Below are positions 27,809 to 36,931 of a DNA stretch of 42,725 nt, piece by piece (position 1 is the stretch's first letter; each line of letters starts with the position of its first letter). The DNA is taken from positions 1 to 42,725 of the IMG/VR virus record IMGVR_UViG_3300048856_000125. The stretch is one strand, 5' to 3'. Below the pieces are notes generated by a model, which was not told where the DNA came from, did no database searches, and saw nothing but the letters and a program-made list of their open reading frames with translations. The stretch is from a virus (Duplodnaviria > Caudoviricetes). A program made the position numbers and the translations under genes.

Positions 27809-28635
27809 TTTCCGCACGCTCCAGCACAATCAGTCCCCATGAAGTCGAATTCCTGTTCGGCATCCTCGAGCTCAACGGCGCCCTCAACCGGCACCGGCGG
27901 GACGTACTGCCCCTTCTCGCTTTGGGCCCACTTCTTCACTTCATCGGCGCCAGCAGCCCCCATGTGGCGATGCGGTCGATACATCGTTTTCCCGACCTCG
28001 GCTTCCAAATCGCGGATCGCCTTCCAGTCATTGTCGGTGAACTGCCGCATGTCGTGCCGATTGCTGTTGATGCACCGGCATTCTCTGGATCGCGTAGGAA
28101 GCACCTCGAAGCCAGCACGCCGGATCAGAGCATTGCGGTCCTCGGCCGTGTATGTCGCGAAGGGCGCGAGCATGAAGCGCCCGCCATGGTTTTCGCTCTT
28201 GGCCAAATATTCCGGGAAGTTACGGCGATCTTCACTCTCTTCCCGCCGGACGCCTACGATACAGATTGCCCTCGCGTCTGGGTCATGCTGCTCAAGCCAC
28301 TGTTTGCCTGGCAGTATCTTGAGGATGTAACTGCACCACTGAAATTGCTGCGTAGGGAAGCCCTGCTTCTCGTGCGCCAGCTTCCGAAAGCCGATGCTCT
28401 TCGCCCTGTACGGGGTGAACATGAGCGAGCGCACCCACGCCTCGCATCGCTCAACCCGCTCTGCCCATCCATCGGCCATCCAGCCGGTATCGGTGAAGAC
28501 GCATGCCACGCCGTGCAGGTTGTTCTCGTGAGCCCACTGGACGAGAGCGATGCTGTCATTGCCGTAGCTGACGAAGATAACGAACCGGATCGGCGCATTC
28601 GCCCCTTGGTTGCGGAGGAGTTCGAGCTGCTGCAT
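27805..28635 (-). CDS. PAPS-reductase family (PP-loop) protein
   Basis: FVSYGNDS, DTGW, QWCS..LK..P, VGVRREES..R and RSREC.C motifs. Confidence 0.85.
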   Translation of the reverse strand: MQQLELLRNQGANAPIRFVIFVSYGNDSIALVQWAHENNLHGVACVFTDTGWMADGWAERVERCEAWVRSLMFTPYRAKSIGFRKLAHEKQGFPTQQFQWCSYILKILPGKQWLEQHDPDARAICIVGVRREESEDRRNFPEYLAKSENHGGRFMLAPFATYTAEDRNALIRRAGFEVLPTRSRECRCINSNRHDMRQFTDNDWKAIRDLEAEVGKTMYRPHRHMGAAGADEVKKWAQSEKGQYVPPVPVEGAVELEDAEQEFDFMGTDCAGACGK

Positions 28636-29015
28636 CAGAACAGCTCCTCTTTCACTGCCGGCGAAATAAAACGGACTCGTCTGCATCGGTCATGGTAGTG
28701 GTGATGGTCGCGGAGGCTTTCTCTCGACATGGCCGAGAGGAACATACCTTGGGCTCCATCATTGCTGTCGGCTTCGCCCTCGAATGGGAGCACCCGGTCT
28801 GCGTCCGAGACGGCGATATTCAGGACCGGTTGATCTTTGGCCCCCGAGCGGCTCTTAGATACCTTCAGGTTGATCTCACTGTGCGTTCCGGCCAAACCTA
28901 CTGGAACGCAGTTGCGGCCTGCACCTCGGCTTTGGTTTATGAAGCCGACCCGGACCACGCCCGAGACCTTTTCATCGCGGCCTACGCGGAATACATGGTC
29001 AACACTCGTCCGCAT
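28635..29015 (-). other. Bridge ORF D (126 aa) spanning antisense DUF982 no. 2
   Basis: TAATG overlap with the dnaB stop and TGATG overlap with the PAPS-reductase start. Confidence 0.55.
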
Positions 29016-29018
29016 TAG
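28692..29018 (+). CDS. DUF982 family protein no. 2 (start uncertain; TTG at 28749 possible)
   Basis: WEHPVCV...IFGPRAALRYL...YWNAVAAC..AL......ARDLFIAA pattern. Confidence 0.7.
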   Translation: MVVVMVAEAFSRHGREEHTLGSIIAVGFALEWEHPVCVRDGDIQDRLIFGPRAALRYLQVDLTVRSGQTYWNAVAACTSALVYEADPDHARDLFIAAYAEYMVNTRPH

Positions 29019-30460
29019 AACATCTCCTCTTGCGCCTTCTTAGGCTTCATGGATCGGTAGCGGGTGTATTCAGCCTCGAATTGAAGCGTCTCGCGGATAG
29101 TGGGATCGCCGAAGCGGACCTTCGCGGAGCCGATCTCGGCTATCCCCTCGATGTCGCCAACGAAGACTTTGTTGATCTTCTTCCAGTCGGAATCGCTGGC
29201 GGCGGTGGCTACGCGCTCGGCCTTGTATTTCTCGGGCCGGTAGAGCCACAGAATGGCGTCATAGTCGGCCTTGGCGCCCTCCCCGCCGTACAGGTCGGCG
29301 GCGATCGGCCGGGGATTGTCGCGACGGGTGCCGAAGCTGTTGCGCTGGTTCAGGATGAGGATCGACGACTGTGTCTCGTCGGCGAGCGCCTTGAGCTCGA
29401 CCGTTACCTCACCGGATATGCGGTCGGCCGAGAGCTTCGGATCGCGCGGCTTCACCTTGCCGATGTGGTCGATGACGATGAACGGCGTCTTGCCGTTGGC
29501 GCGCTTCTTGATGAACCGCCGGGCATAGGCGACGAGCTGCGACACCCCCTCCCGCTGGCAGCGGATGATGTCGAACGGCTGCTGGCCGATCCCGTGCGCG
29601 AACATCACGCACCGGTCCCGCTCGCTGTCGCTCATGAGCCGCATGGGCTCTCTCTGCTGCCGCACGCTGATCTCATGGACCTGGGCGATCATCTGCCGGA
29701 CGCACTGAGCCGCCGATTGGTCGTAGGAGAGGAATAGGACCGGGTGCCCCTCTTCCACCGCATGGTAGATGAGCTGCATCGTGAGGCTGGACTTGCCCTC
29801 GCCAGAGGATGACAGAAGGCCATATAGGTTGCCGGCCTCGAACACCGGCTCCGAAAGCACCTTGGCGATCTCCGGCAGTGCGATCGGCACGCCGATGACA
29901 CCCTGGCGCCGAGCCGATGCCTCGAACATGGAGAGATAGGAAGCGCCGGGCGAAGCGATCGACGTGGTCTCCCGGAAGCGGGCTTTCAGCTCCTTCAGAC
30001 GAGATTCCATGTGCTCGATCTCATCGGACAGCGTGAGGAGCGTATGGCCTTCCTGGGCTATCTCCGCGGCGATCTGAGCCTCTTTGGCAAGGTACCGGCC
30101 GAGAGAAACGCTCTTGATGATCTGGATCGCTCCCTCCAGCCCCCGCCGAGCAGTTGGATCAGTGCCCATCACCATCAGGCGAGACAGGTATTGGGCCGGC
30201 GAGACCACCAGCCTGTCGATCTGCTTTGGAACGAACGGCTTCAGCGATACCGCATTGACGTTCTGACCGCCGCGCCAGAGTTCGACCGACTCCTTAAAAA
30301 CGATCTGGTGAATAGGCTCGGCGAAATCCTCGGGCTCTAGGCCGCAATCCGTCAGGACTAAGTTGTCGGCCAGCATGCAGGCGAGGAAGAGCTCGGCAGC
30401 TTCGAAGGCATCGTCTTCCGTGATCCGGTCGAATGCATCTCTTTGGGAGTGGGCGTTCAT
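29015..30460 (-). CDS. dnaB: DnaB-like replicative helicase
   Basis: LEPEDF.EPIHQ N-terminal domain, SSSGEGKS Walker A, IVIDH, ELKALA, LNQ and YRPE.Y motifs. Confidence 0.9.
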   Translation of the reverse strand: MNAHSQRDAFDRITEDDAFEAAELFLACMLADNLVLTDCGLEPEDFAEPIHQIVFKESVELWRGGQNVNAVSLKPFVPKQIDRLVVSPAQYLSRLMVMGTDPTARRGLEGAIQIIKSVSLGRYLAKEAQIAAEIAQEGHTLLTLSDEIEHMESRLKELKARFRETTSIASPGASYLSMFEASARRQGVIGVPIALPEIAKVLSEPVFEAGNLYGLLSSSGEGKSSLTMQLIYHAVEEGHPVLFLSYDQSAAQCVRQMIAQVHEISVRQQREPMRLMSDSERDRCVMFAHGIGQQPFDIIRCQREGVSQLVAYARRFIKKRANGKTPFIVIDHIGKVKPRDPKLSADRISGEVTVELKALADETQSSILILNQRNSFGTRRDNPRPIAADLYGGEGAKADYDAILWLYRPEKYKAERVATAASDSDWKKINKVFVGDIEGIAEIGSAKVRFGDPTIRETLQFEAEYTRYRSMKPKKAQEEMF

Positions 30461-30591
30461 ATTGCGACCTCCCAAGACTGAACCTGTACCTGCCCCCTCT
30501 TGAACCGGAAAACGAGGCACCACAAATCAATTACGGGCGCTGAACCACAGCGCCTTCCTTGTTGATCACCAACGTTTTCAGTGAGGTAGAA

Positions 30592-30894
30592 ATGATCGCG
30601 AAGATGTTCGACAGACCCGTCTACTTGAAAGAGCGACGAGATCTGGTTCGAGAGATAAACTGCGTCGAAGACGCCATCGACTTTCTGGAGGATTGGCCGG
30701 AGCGTGACAAAGACCTCGACCATGAGGCCGCGCTGCGAACCTGCTACATGGCCCAAGACGGCCTGAAGCCGCTGCGCGTTGCTCGTGACGCGGTCCGGAG
30801 CTTCGGAGCCAAGAAGGGAATCCTCATGAAGGCGCCGGCGGTCCGGCCGTGGATGATCAACCGCCAGGCCGGCGGTGGCCACGTCATCTTCTGA
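30592..30894 (+). CDS. DUF982 family protein no. 3
   Basis: FDRPVYL...EI..VEDAIDFLEDWP...HEAALRTC...ARDA...F..KKGIL; GAGG RBS. Confidence 0.88.
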   Translation: MIAKMFDRPVYLKERRDLVREINCVEDAIDFLEDWPERDKDLDHEAALRTCYMAQDGLKPLRVARDAVRSFGAKKGILMKAPAVRPWMINRQAGGGHVIF

Positions 30895-30910
30895 GCGATC
30901 AAGCCAGTTG

Positions 30911-30939
30911 GAGAGGCTGCGAAAGCGGCCTCTCTTTTT
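30911..30939 (+). terminator. Strong intrinsic terminator of DUF982 no. 3
   Basis: GAGAGGCTGC-GAAA-GCGGCCTCTC-TTTTT. Confidence 0.88.
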
Positions 30940-31433
30940 GCGAGCGCTTAAGTTTCTGACCATCGCAACGCGTTCGCAGAACTGCAGAACGAGCGCTGGC
31001 GAGTTGTCGCGGAAAAGCTGCTCGTATCGGCCGATGCCTTCGAGAAAAGCTGACCGAACAATGATAGCGCACCCTATACGGCTCGTCTCCAATGCGCGCT
31101 CCACAAAGCGGTCGGCGAGCGTGAACGGCGGGTTTGTGATCGTCCAACCGACTTGCTCGATTTGGTAAGGGAACAAGAAGTCCTCAATCGCCCAGCCATA
31201 GCCGTAGTCCGCGATATCGCTGGCCTTCACATCGGCAAAGTATTCTTGGAGCGGACGGACCATGAAACCCCGATTGGCCGCAGGCTCACGCACAGTCGCC
31301 GCCAAAAGGTCATGTCCATGCTGCTGCAGCGCCTCGCAGAGAGCACGCGTAGCCCATGGAGGCGTGGGGAAGTCGTCAAGCGAACGCTTCGGCTCGCTGC
31401 GTTGCTGCATCACGGCTGAGGAAGTGTTCTGCC

Positions 31434-32111
31434 TCATGCCGCGCTCCTCTTCTGCTCGTAGGCACCGGTGCGCAGGTCGAGGAACCGCCGCTGCATCCAG
31501 TCGATTTTGGGAACGTCGCATTTGTGCCAGCAGGTGCAGATGCCAACGGCTTCGGCTGCGTCTCTCTGTTCTGCCTTGGTACGGGGAAGCTGGATGCCCT
31601 CGCGCTCGCAGGATTCGATCGCAGCGGCCTTCCAATCATCCTTCCAAACGAGGTTGCCGCGTTTGTCCCGAACCTGCTGGCCTTTGTTCATCACCGGTAT
31701 CCGAGGGGGTACAAATCCCTTACCGAAGAAAACAGGCCTCCAAGAATTTGCCGCGACAGTTCCAAAGGGAACCTTCATCATCATGCAGATGGCGGTAATG
31801 GCGCCGGCAATACCAGTGAGTTGAAGGGCTGCCGGGTTGATGGTGGAAACCACCTGCTCTTCCCCGGTCAGGTCCGCCTTGCCCTTCTTTCGGAACTGCC
31901 GGACGCCATGTTCAGGACGCTCGATCGCGACGAAGTCGGGAGCGTGTTCCTTCACTAATCGATAGAAGAGATTCGCCGCAACGGGGTATTTTTCTTCCCA
32001 AACGTACTCTTTGACGGAAAAGATTCCGCAGCGGATGGAGGAGCGATGGCGGGCACTATCGCGGACAGCCCAGCCGGAAGTGGTTGCGAGGTCGAGACCC
32101 ATGATGATCAT
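31434..32111 (-). CDS. RuvC-like Holliday junction resolvase
   Basis: IMGLDLATTSGWA, PDFVAIE and DAAEAVGI acidic catalytic motifs. Confidence 0.78.
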   Translation of the reverse strand: MIIMGLDLATTSGWAVRDSARHRSSIRCGIFSVKEYVWEEKYPVAANLFYRLVKEHAPDFVAIERPEHGVRQFRKKGKADLTGEEQVVSTINPAALQLTGIAGAITAICMMMKVPFGTVAANSWRPVFFGKGFVPPRIPVMNKGQQVRDKRGNLVWKDDWKAAAIESCEREGIQLPRTKAEQRDAAEAVGICTCWHKCDVPKIDWMQRRFLDLRTGAYEQKRSAA

Positions 32112-32461
32112 TGCCGCGCCTCCGTCGGGATGAGACGCCATTGGGCGAGTTCTCCGGAGCCGCCTTTCGAGCCGGTCACGGTCCAGCCGAAGGGCTCGAT
32201 CTTCCGGCGAAGCTGGCTCACCATCACCTTGATGACCGTATCGCCCTGCTCCGGCCCGCCATCCTGACGGCCGCCGTACATGCGGTGCATGATGCTATCC
32301 CGCCGGATAGGCGCCCGGACCTTCTTGGAGAGCATGTCGAGAATGAGCCGCTGACCGGGTGCCGTGACGTACTCGCGAACTTGATCGATCGGCGCGGCTT
32401 CTCCGATGAAGCCACCGCAACAAGGGCAAGTGAATGTCTGGATTTTTGGAATGACGTTCAT
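32108..32461 (-). CDS. Winged-helix (OmpR/PhoB-type) DNA-binding protein with a CPCC knuckle
   Basis: MYGG..DGGPE....IKVMVSQLRRKI motif. Confidence 0.75.
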   Translation of the reverse strand: MNVIPKIQTFTCPCCGGFIGEAAPIDQVREYVTAPGQRLILDMLSKKVRAPIRRDSIMHRMYGGRQDGGPEQGDTVIKVMVSQLRRKIEPFGWTVTGSKGGSGELAQWRLIPTEARQ

Positions 32462-32545
32462 TGCTTCACCAGGGGAAAGAAAGACCCGAGCATTCGCGCT
32501 CGGTAGTTTGGCGGCCCAAGGGAGGAGGATGGCCGCCGCGGTGGA

Positions 32546-33106
32546 TCAGTGGGCGGTGTCGCCAGCGTCGGCGAAGGGATCGCCGTCCGAGGGCGGTTCT
32601 TCCTTCGAGTTTGCGGCTTCGATCCGCGCCATGATGTCGGGGATTTCCGTCTCGTATTCCTTCTTCCCGGCGTCGTAAGACTCGAGCCAGAGCGTATCGT
32701 CGGAGGAGCCTGCGTCGTATCCGGAGACGCGATCGAGGTTCAGGAGACCTGCCTTGTAGCCCTTGGCCTGGATGAGTTGCTCGCCATCGACGCGGTCAGC
32801 TTGCATAAGCAGATCGCCGCCGCTGGTCGCCGGGATGAAGCCGAGCCACTCCAGGTTTTCACGGTCGGACTTGAGCCGATCTACCGGCTTCTGCTCGTCC
32901 TCTCCGAAATGGGCTTGGAGATAGTGATCAAACTTCTGGCCGGTGAAGGTGGGGTCAGCGGCTTTGGCTACCTTGCGGTTCGCCGTCTTCTCTGCCGCTG
33001 CCTCCCGGCGCTTTGTTTCGGCTGCCAGTTCCTTCCGGAAGTGGTAGGCGAACAGCTTCTGCCGTTCGGCATCCGAGAGCTTGGTGTTGCTTCCTGCGGT
33101 GGGCAT
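32546..33106 (-). CDS. Hypothetical phage protein with a C-terminal RMF-like GY.AG...WL..Y..G motif
   Basis: Start MPTAGSN; KGYKAGL...WLESYDAG. Confidence 0.65.
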   Translation of the reverse strand: MPTAGSNTKLSDAERQKLFAYHFRKELAAETKRREAAAEKTANRKVAKAADPTFTGQKFDHYLQAHFGEDEQKPVDRLKSDRENLEWLGFIPATSGGDLLMQADRVDGEQLIQAKGYKAGLLNLDRVSGYDAGSSDDTLWLESYDAGKKEYETEIPDIMARIEAANSKEEPPSDGDPFADAGDTAH

Positions 33107-33184
33107 TGTTGTTCCCTGGTTGTCGGAAAAATCCGAAGGTTTCGGACACAAAAACGGACGCCCGTTGAGGCGCCCTATTTCAGC

Positions 33185-33559
33185 TCAGGCGCGATCCAGA
33201 GCGCGAATGAACGCGCGGAAGCCATCAACCAGCGGGCGATAGAAATCCGCTTCCGGGCCGTCCAGGAGAGCGTCCGCTTTTGCGATGAGTTCATCGATTG
33301 TGTTGATTTCGATACGGCCATATTTGACACCTGCTATTTCCTCGATTGCCCGCAACTCGTCGGCGTCGATCGATACGCGCGGGTCGGCGTACCAGACGTC
33401 TTTGGTTCGCGAGAAAGACCAGTTCAGCCGCCTTGCCGCGAGGCGGATGCGATCCTTCACGTTGTGGCCTTCTGTCTTCGGCGCCACGTACCGTTGAAGA
33501 GCTTGTGCTGCGAAATCGACGCTAGACATTTCGGAATTTCCCAACCGTTTTTCGGACAT
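33185..33559 (-). CDS. Hypothetical regulator (CII-like position, HTH-like)
   Basis: AARRLNWSFSRTKDVWY HTH-like motif. Confidence 0.7.
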   Translation of the reverse strand: MSEKRLGNSEMSSVDFAAQALQRYVAPKTEGHNVKDRIRLAARRLNWSFSRTKDVWYADPRVSIDADELRAIEEIAGVKYGRIEINTIDELIAKADALLDGPEADFYRPLVDGFRAFIRALDRA

Positions 33560-33616
33560 TTTCGAATTTCCCTGTGCAACTAATCCGGCGTGGCCAGGGT
33601 CAAGGTTTGAAAGGAA

Positions 33617-33835
33617 CTAGTCGCCGGCCGAGACCGAAGACTGATGCTGACGGAGAGCGGCGCGAAGTTTGCGAGACCGATGCGCCCTGCTCTGCTTCTT
33701 GATGACCGGCTCGAAAGGAGCCGAATTAGATGAGTAGTCCTGGGAGACAGCGCGAAGGCGCTGGCCGATCAGGCAGCCGAGAGGCGATAGGATGAAAAGC
33801 CCACCGGCGATGCCGACGATGAGAGCGTTGCTCAT
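33617..33835 (-). CDS. Small membrane-anchored hypothetical protein
   Basis: ATGA-coupled start; hydrophobic N-terminus. Confidence 0.55.
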   Translation of the reverse strand: MSNALIVGIAGGLFILSPLGCLIGQRLRAVSQDYSSNSAPFEPVIKKQSRAHRSRKLRAALRQHQSSVSAGD

Positions 33836-34098
33836 GCAAGCTCCTCGACCCACGAGGGGTTCAGCATGGAGGTGAAGATGGAGATGTCCGACTTGCGATC
33901 GACGACGGGACGGAAGCGCGTTGCCAACCAGTGAAGCGGCCCAGGTGAGACCGCGATCGTTTCCTCAAGACCGAGGTAAAGTTCGCCAAAATCGACGCCG
34001 ACGTCGGAGACCGTGTAGATCGCTCCCTCCATCAGGCGATCCTCAAAGCCAGATGCGTTGATGCAAACGACCTTCTGCCCAACATGAAAGCTAGTCAT
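33832..34098 (-). CDS. Hypothetical phage protein
   Basis: FHVGQKVVCI...RFRPVV..KSDISIF; coupled at both ends. Confidence 0.75.
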   Translation of the reverse strand: MTSFHVGQKVVCINASGFEDRLMEGAIYTVSDVGVDFGELYLGLEETIAVSPGPLHWLATRFRPVVDRKSDISIFTSMLNPSWVEELA

Positions 34099-34367
34099 GC
34101 CACACCCCCTATGATCGAGATGGCACGCGTCTTGTTCGGCAGTCGGCGAATAACACCGCGCTGTTCAAGCTCGCCGATCAGGTGATGAACCGTCGTCTTC
34201 CCGACGCCGAGGAATTCCTTCATCTCCTCGTAGTTGGGCGCAACGCCCTCATTCTCGGAAAGGTACTTGCGGATGAAGCCGAGAAGATTGCTCTGGCGTT
34301 CGGTCAAACCGACGGTCGCTGGAGCATCTGGCGTGAACGTGTGGTTGCAGCATGGGCAGGTGATCAT
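34095..34367 (-). CDS. LexA-like DNA-binding-domain-only protein with a CPCC knuckle
   Basis: GLTERQ..LL.FI.......GVAPNYEEM...LG...TVHHLI.ELEQRGVIRRLPNKTRAI; no peptidase domain. Confidence 0.82.
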   Translation of the reverse strand: MITCPCCNHTFTPDAPATVGLTERQSNLLGFIRKYLSENEGVAPNYEEMKEFLGVGKTTVHHLIGELEQRGVIRRLPNKTRAISIIGGVA

Positions 34368-34474
34368 GCCCGCCTCCCCGGTCTCGCGACCTGTTTGCGA
34401 TCCAACCCGACGCCGCGTTCTATCGCCCTCTGCGCCATTGCGTCTGTGGAGCTTGGACGAAGGATCGGGGTCAT
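34364..34474 (-). CDS. 36-aa coupled mini-ORF (possible in-frame deletion remnant)
   Basis: MTPILRPSSTDAMAQRAIERGVGLDRKQVARPGRRA; ATGA overlaps at both ends. Confidence 0.5.
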   Translation of the reverse strand: MTPILRPSSTDAMAQRAIERGVGLDRKQVARPGRRA

Positions 34475-34794
34475 GCCGCCTCACTTTCAGCGCGAACTAT
34501 GGCGCGGTCGAAAAGGGCGAGGACTTCGGCGTGGGTGTGGGTATCGCTGAAACTGACAATGGAATGCCCGCCGGTCAGGCACTCTCTGAGGCAGTCGCGA
34601 GCGCGGGCTGGATCACCATAAGGATCGCGCCATCCTACGCGAACGAGCGCTCCTATGGAGCAGAAGCGAGAAGCTTCCTCCGACATCGGGCTCACGTCGT
34701 TGCCAGAAGCATCGATAGCGTTGCAGCACTGCGCCCAGTTCTTCTCGTCCGAGATCAGCTCGCGGGCAGCCTTGAGGATTTCGACGATGTTCAT
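34471..34794 (-). CDS. Hypothetical phage protein (DUF6197-like)
   Basis: ILKAARELI...W...FCSIGA...D...HAEVLALFDRAI. Confidence 0.75.
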   Translation of the reverse strand: MNIVEILKAARELISDEKNWAQCCNAIDASGNDVSPMSEEASRFCSIGALVRVGWRDPYGDPARARDCLRECLTGGHSIVSFSDTHTHAEVLALFDRAIVRAESEAA

Positions 34795-35021
34795 GCCGCC
34801 GTCTCCGGCTGGGGCAGAAAGTCGTCCGCGGAAAGCTCGACCGCGCGTTCCTTGGCTGCAGCCAGCAAAGCGGGCGCATACCTGAAGGGGATAAGCCCGC
34901 CGGTGCCGCCGTCTTCCTTTCGGCGCATCCAGTTGGAAACTCGCGTGCGATGCGCCCCGGTGATCCGGGACACTTCCGATGGGCCTCCGAGGGCGTAGAT
35001 GATGTGCTTTGCAGGTTCCAT
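34791..35021 (-). CDS. cro: Cro-like repressor
   Basis: 76-aa HTH (II..LGG..EV......RVSNW...GGTGGLIP), divergent from cI. Confidence 0.8.
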   Translation of the reverse strand: MEPAKHIIYALGGPSEVSRITGAHRTRVSNWMRRKEDGGTGGLIPFRYAPALLAAAKERAVELSADDFLPQPETAA

Positions 35022-35028
35022 GCCTTTT

Positions 35029-35105
35029 TGTATCGATTATAGATACACAAAGCAAGAGGCTTGTATCGATAACAGAAACAGACGTGCGTATCGATTATCG
35101 CTACA
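35029..35105. promoter_or_regulatory. OR-like operator triplet between cro and cI
   Basis: 19-bp imperfect palindromes (consensus TGTATCGATwATCGATACA) at 35029, 35062 and 35087. Confidence 0.85.
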
Positions 35106-35114
35106 TTCAAGCAC

Positions 35115-35756
35115 ATGAAAGATTGGGTAATTTCAGCGCTGCAGTACTCGGGCATGAGCCAAGCCGACTTGGCTCGCGAGCTGGCGGAAAATTTTAAGTG
35201 GTCGGATAACCGGTCGATCCTGAACAAGATCGTGAAGGGAGACCGTGACCTGAAGGCGGACGAGATGTTCGATATCTCGCGCGCCACAGGATATCCGATC
35301 CCGGCCGGCATCGTAGCGGAGGCCTCGGTACCTCTTGTCGGCTATATCGGCGCTGGCGCTGAGATCATGCCAGAGTTTGAGCAGGTACCGCCGGAAGGCT
35401 TGGACCAGATCCATGTACCGTTTCCCCTTCCTGGCGACATGATCGCTTTCGAGGTCCGGGGCGATTCCATGCTCCCGGTCTACAAGGACGGCCATGTCGT
35501 GATCGTTTATCGCGAGCAGAAAAAGCCGGTGACGTCGTTCTATGGCGAGGATGCCGCAGTCCGCACCAGTGATGGGCGGCGGTTCTTGAAGACAATCATG
35601 AAGGGCACGCCCGTTACCCTAATGTCGTTCAACGCGGCGCCAATCGAGAACGTCGCCTTGGAGTGGATCGGGGAAATTTTCGCTGTGATGCCGAGGACGC
35701 AGCTCAAGAAGGTTGAGCGTTCCGGAGGCCTACAAGGGAGCTTGAAGCTGGCGTGA
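35115..35756 (+). CDS. cI: CI-like repressor (HTH plus S24 autopeptidase)
   Basis: MSQADLAREL HTH; VGYIGAG cleavage region; EVRGDSM catalytic Ser; RFLK catalytic Lys. Confidence 0.92.
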   Translation: MKDWVISALQYSGMSQADLARELAENFKWSDNRSILNKIVKGDRDLKADEMFDISRATGYPIPAGIVAEASVPLVGYIGAGAEIMPEFEQVPPEGLDQIHVPFPLPGDMIAFEVRGDSMLPVYKDGHVVIVYREQKKPVTSFYGEDAAVRTSDGRRFLKTIMKGTPVTLMSFNAAPIENVALEWIGEIFAVMPRTQLKKVERSGGLQGSLKLA

Positions 35757-35971
35757 CACCTGAACGCTTCAACCAGTGCCTTCGCGTGATCCGGTGGACG
35801 CCGATCAACATTGCGTCGGCGCTCCAATGCGAGCTGTCGTGGATCGAGGCGCTTGAGGCGGGGAACGAGGAAGTGCCGACGGGTCTCGCTGCCTGGCTCG
35901 AAGTTCTGGCGCAAGTTCATGAGGCCGCACCGCCGCCGAAGACGTACCGCAGCAAGAGGGCAACTGAATGA
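35753..35971 (+). CDS. Small HTH-like hypothetical protein co-transcribed with cI
   Basis: GTGA overlap with the cI stop; 72 aa. Confidence 0.7.
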   Translation: MTPERFNQCLRVIRWTPINIASALQCELSWIEALEAGNEEVPTGLAAWLEVLAQVHEAAPPPKTYRSKRATE

Positions 35972-36721
35972 AAGACGGCCCACCGGGTGACCGACCGAAA
36001 TCGGTAGCAATCAGCATAGATGGTGCCTCGGATGTTACCATTTCGAACGTTGCCGTCCGGGGTTTTGATGTTGCTATCTCCGCGAGAAAAGTTAGGAATC
36101 TCAAAGTCAATGACCTCTCTTATCAGGGCTCCGGACGGGCCTATGACATAACTGGTGAGTCTGCCGAGATCACCGGAACGAGAGCGACATCGGTTGGAAC
36201 GTCACGCGGGAGAAGCCAAGTCGGCTACTTCAAGCCGAATGGGCCACCGCTCCCCGCCCAGTGCCCAAACTGCAAGAGCGTTTTCCCATCTCGCCATAGG
36301 CGCGGCAGTTTCTGCCCTGCCGGCTAGTGGGAACAAGGAAAATATCGACGCGGCAATCAATAAGATTGCTGAGGTATCCCCTGGCGCTGGAAAAGTTTTA
36401 AAAGCTAATGCGTGGACGACTGTCGCCGCTTTTCTGGTCGGGTTCGCTGCGGTTCTAGCAGGCTTGAATGATGGCTATGATGTCTACGAAAAATATGAGG
36501 TCCGCGACAAGCTATCTCTGCTCTACCAGGCGATGTCAAAGATAATCGTGAAGCCGGTTAGCAGCCATGAGTATCATGTCGATCACCCCAAGGGCGACGA
36601 ACATCCTAGGACAAGTCAAGACCGCAGCGGGAATTTGAGAACGTATCGCGACCGTCTCAACAATTCGACGTCGATACCATCTAATATTCCCGTGCCGATC
36701 CCGAGACCGCGCCGCCCATGA
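35968..36721 (+). pseudogene. Apparently split/frameshifted immunity-region gene (beta-rich N-terminus with CPNC; C-part with a TM helix)
   Basis: Overlapping ORFs 35968-36327 and 36155-36721; protein-like sequence changes frame near 36295. Confidence 0.45.
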
Positions 36722-36885
36722 GGCGACCGGTAACACGATAGCGACCGGAACTCTTGCAGAGCGTTCACTCATGAGCCTTACTGTAAGCGCTCTTCGTAGA
36801 TCTTCCACCCTTCTAACAACTCCCCTCAGCGCAAGAATCTCTGAGAGAAGATAACTCTTTCCGTATTTCAGCCTTTCCGTATCTC

Positions 36886-36931
36886 GTATGACAGCCATGT
36901 CATAGGTGGGTATGACAGCCATGTCATAGGT
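36886..36931. repeat. Tandem pair of palindromic 22-mers with a 24-bp period
   Basis: GTATGACAGCCATGTCATAGGT at 36886 and 36910; each contains TATGACA-N4-TGTCATA. Confidence 0.9.

Larger units (their letters stand above)
30457..31437 (-). pseudogene. N6-adenine/N4-cytosine DNA methyltransferase truncated near 30960 and read through antisense DUF982 no. 3 (bridge ORF E)
   Basis: DDFPTPPWAT, EPAANRG and ITNPPF motifs; MTase-like sequence stops at ERVAMVR; the frame stays open to an ATGA overlap with dnaB. Confidence 0.7.

Noticed and set aside
28739-28763. GGAAC-N16-CATT as the promoter for DUF982 no. 2
   Set aside because: It overlaps the probable RBS and start region of the gene, so the position is inconsistent
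36886-36931. Mini CRISPR array
   Set aside because: Only two units, a 2-nt spacer and no cas genes
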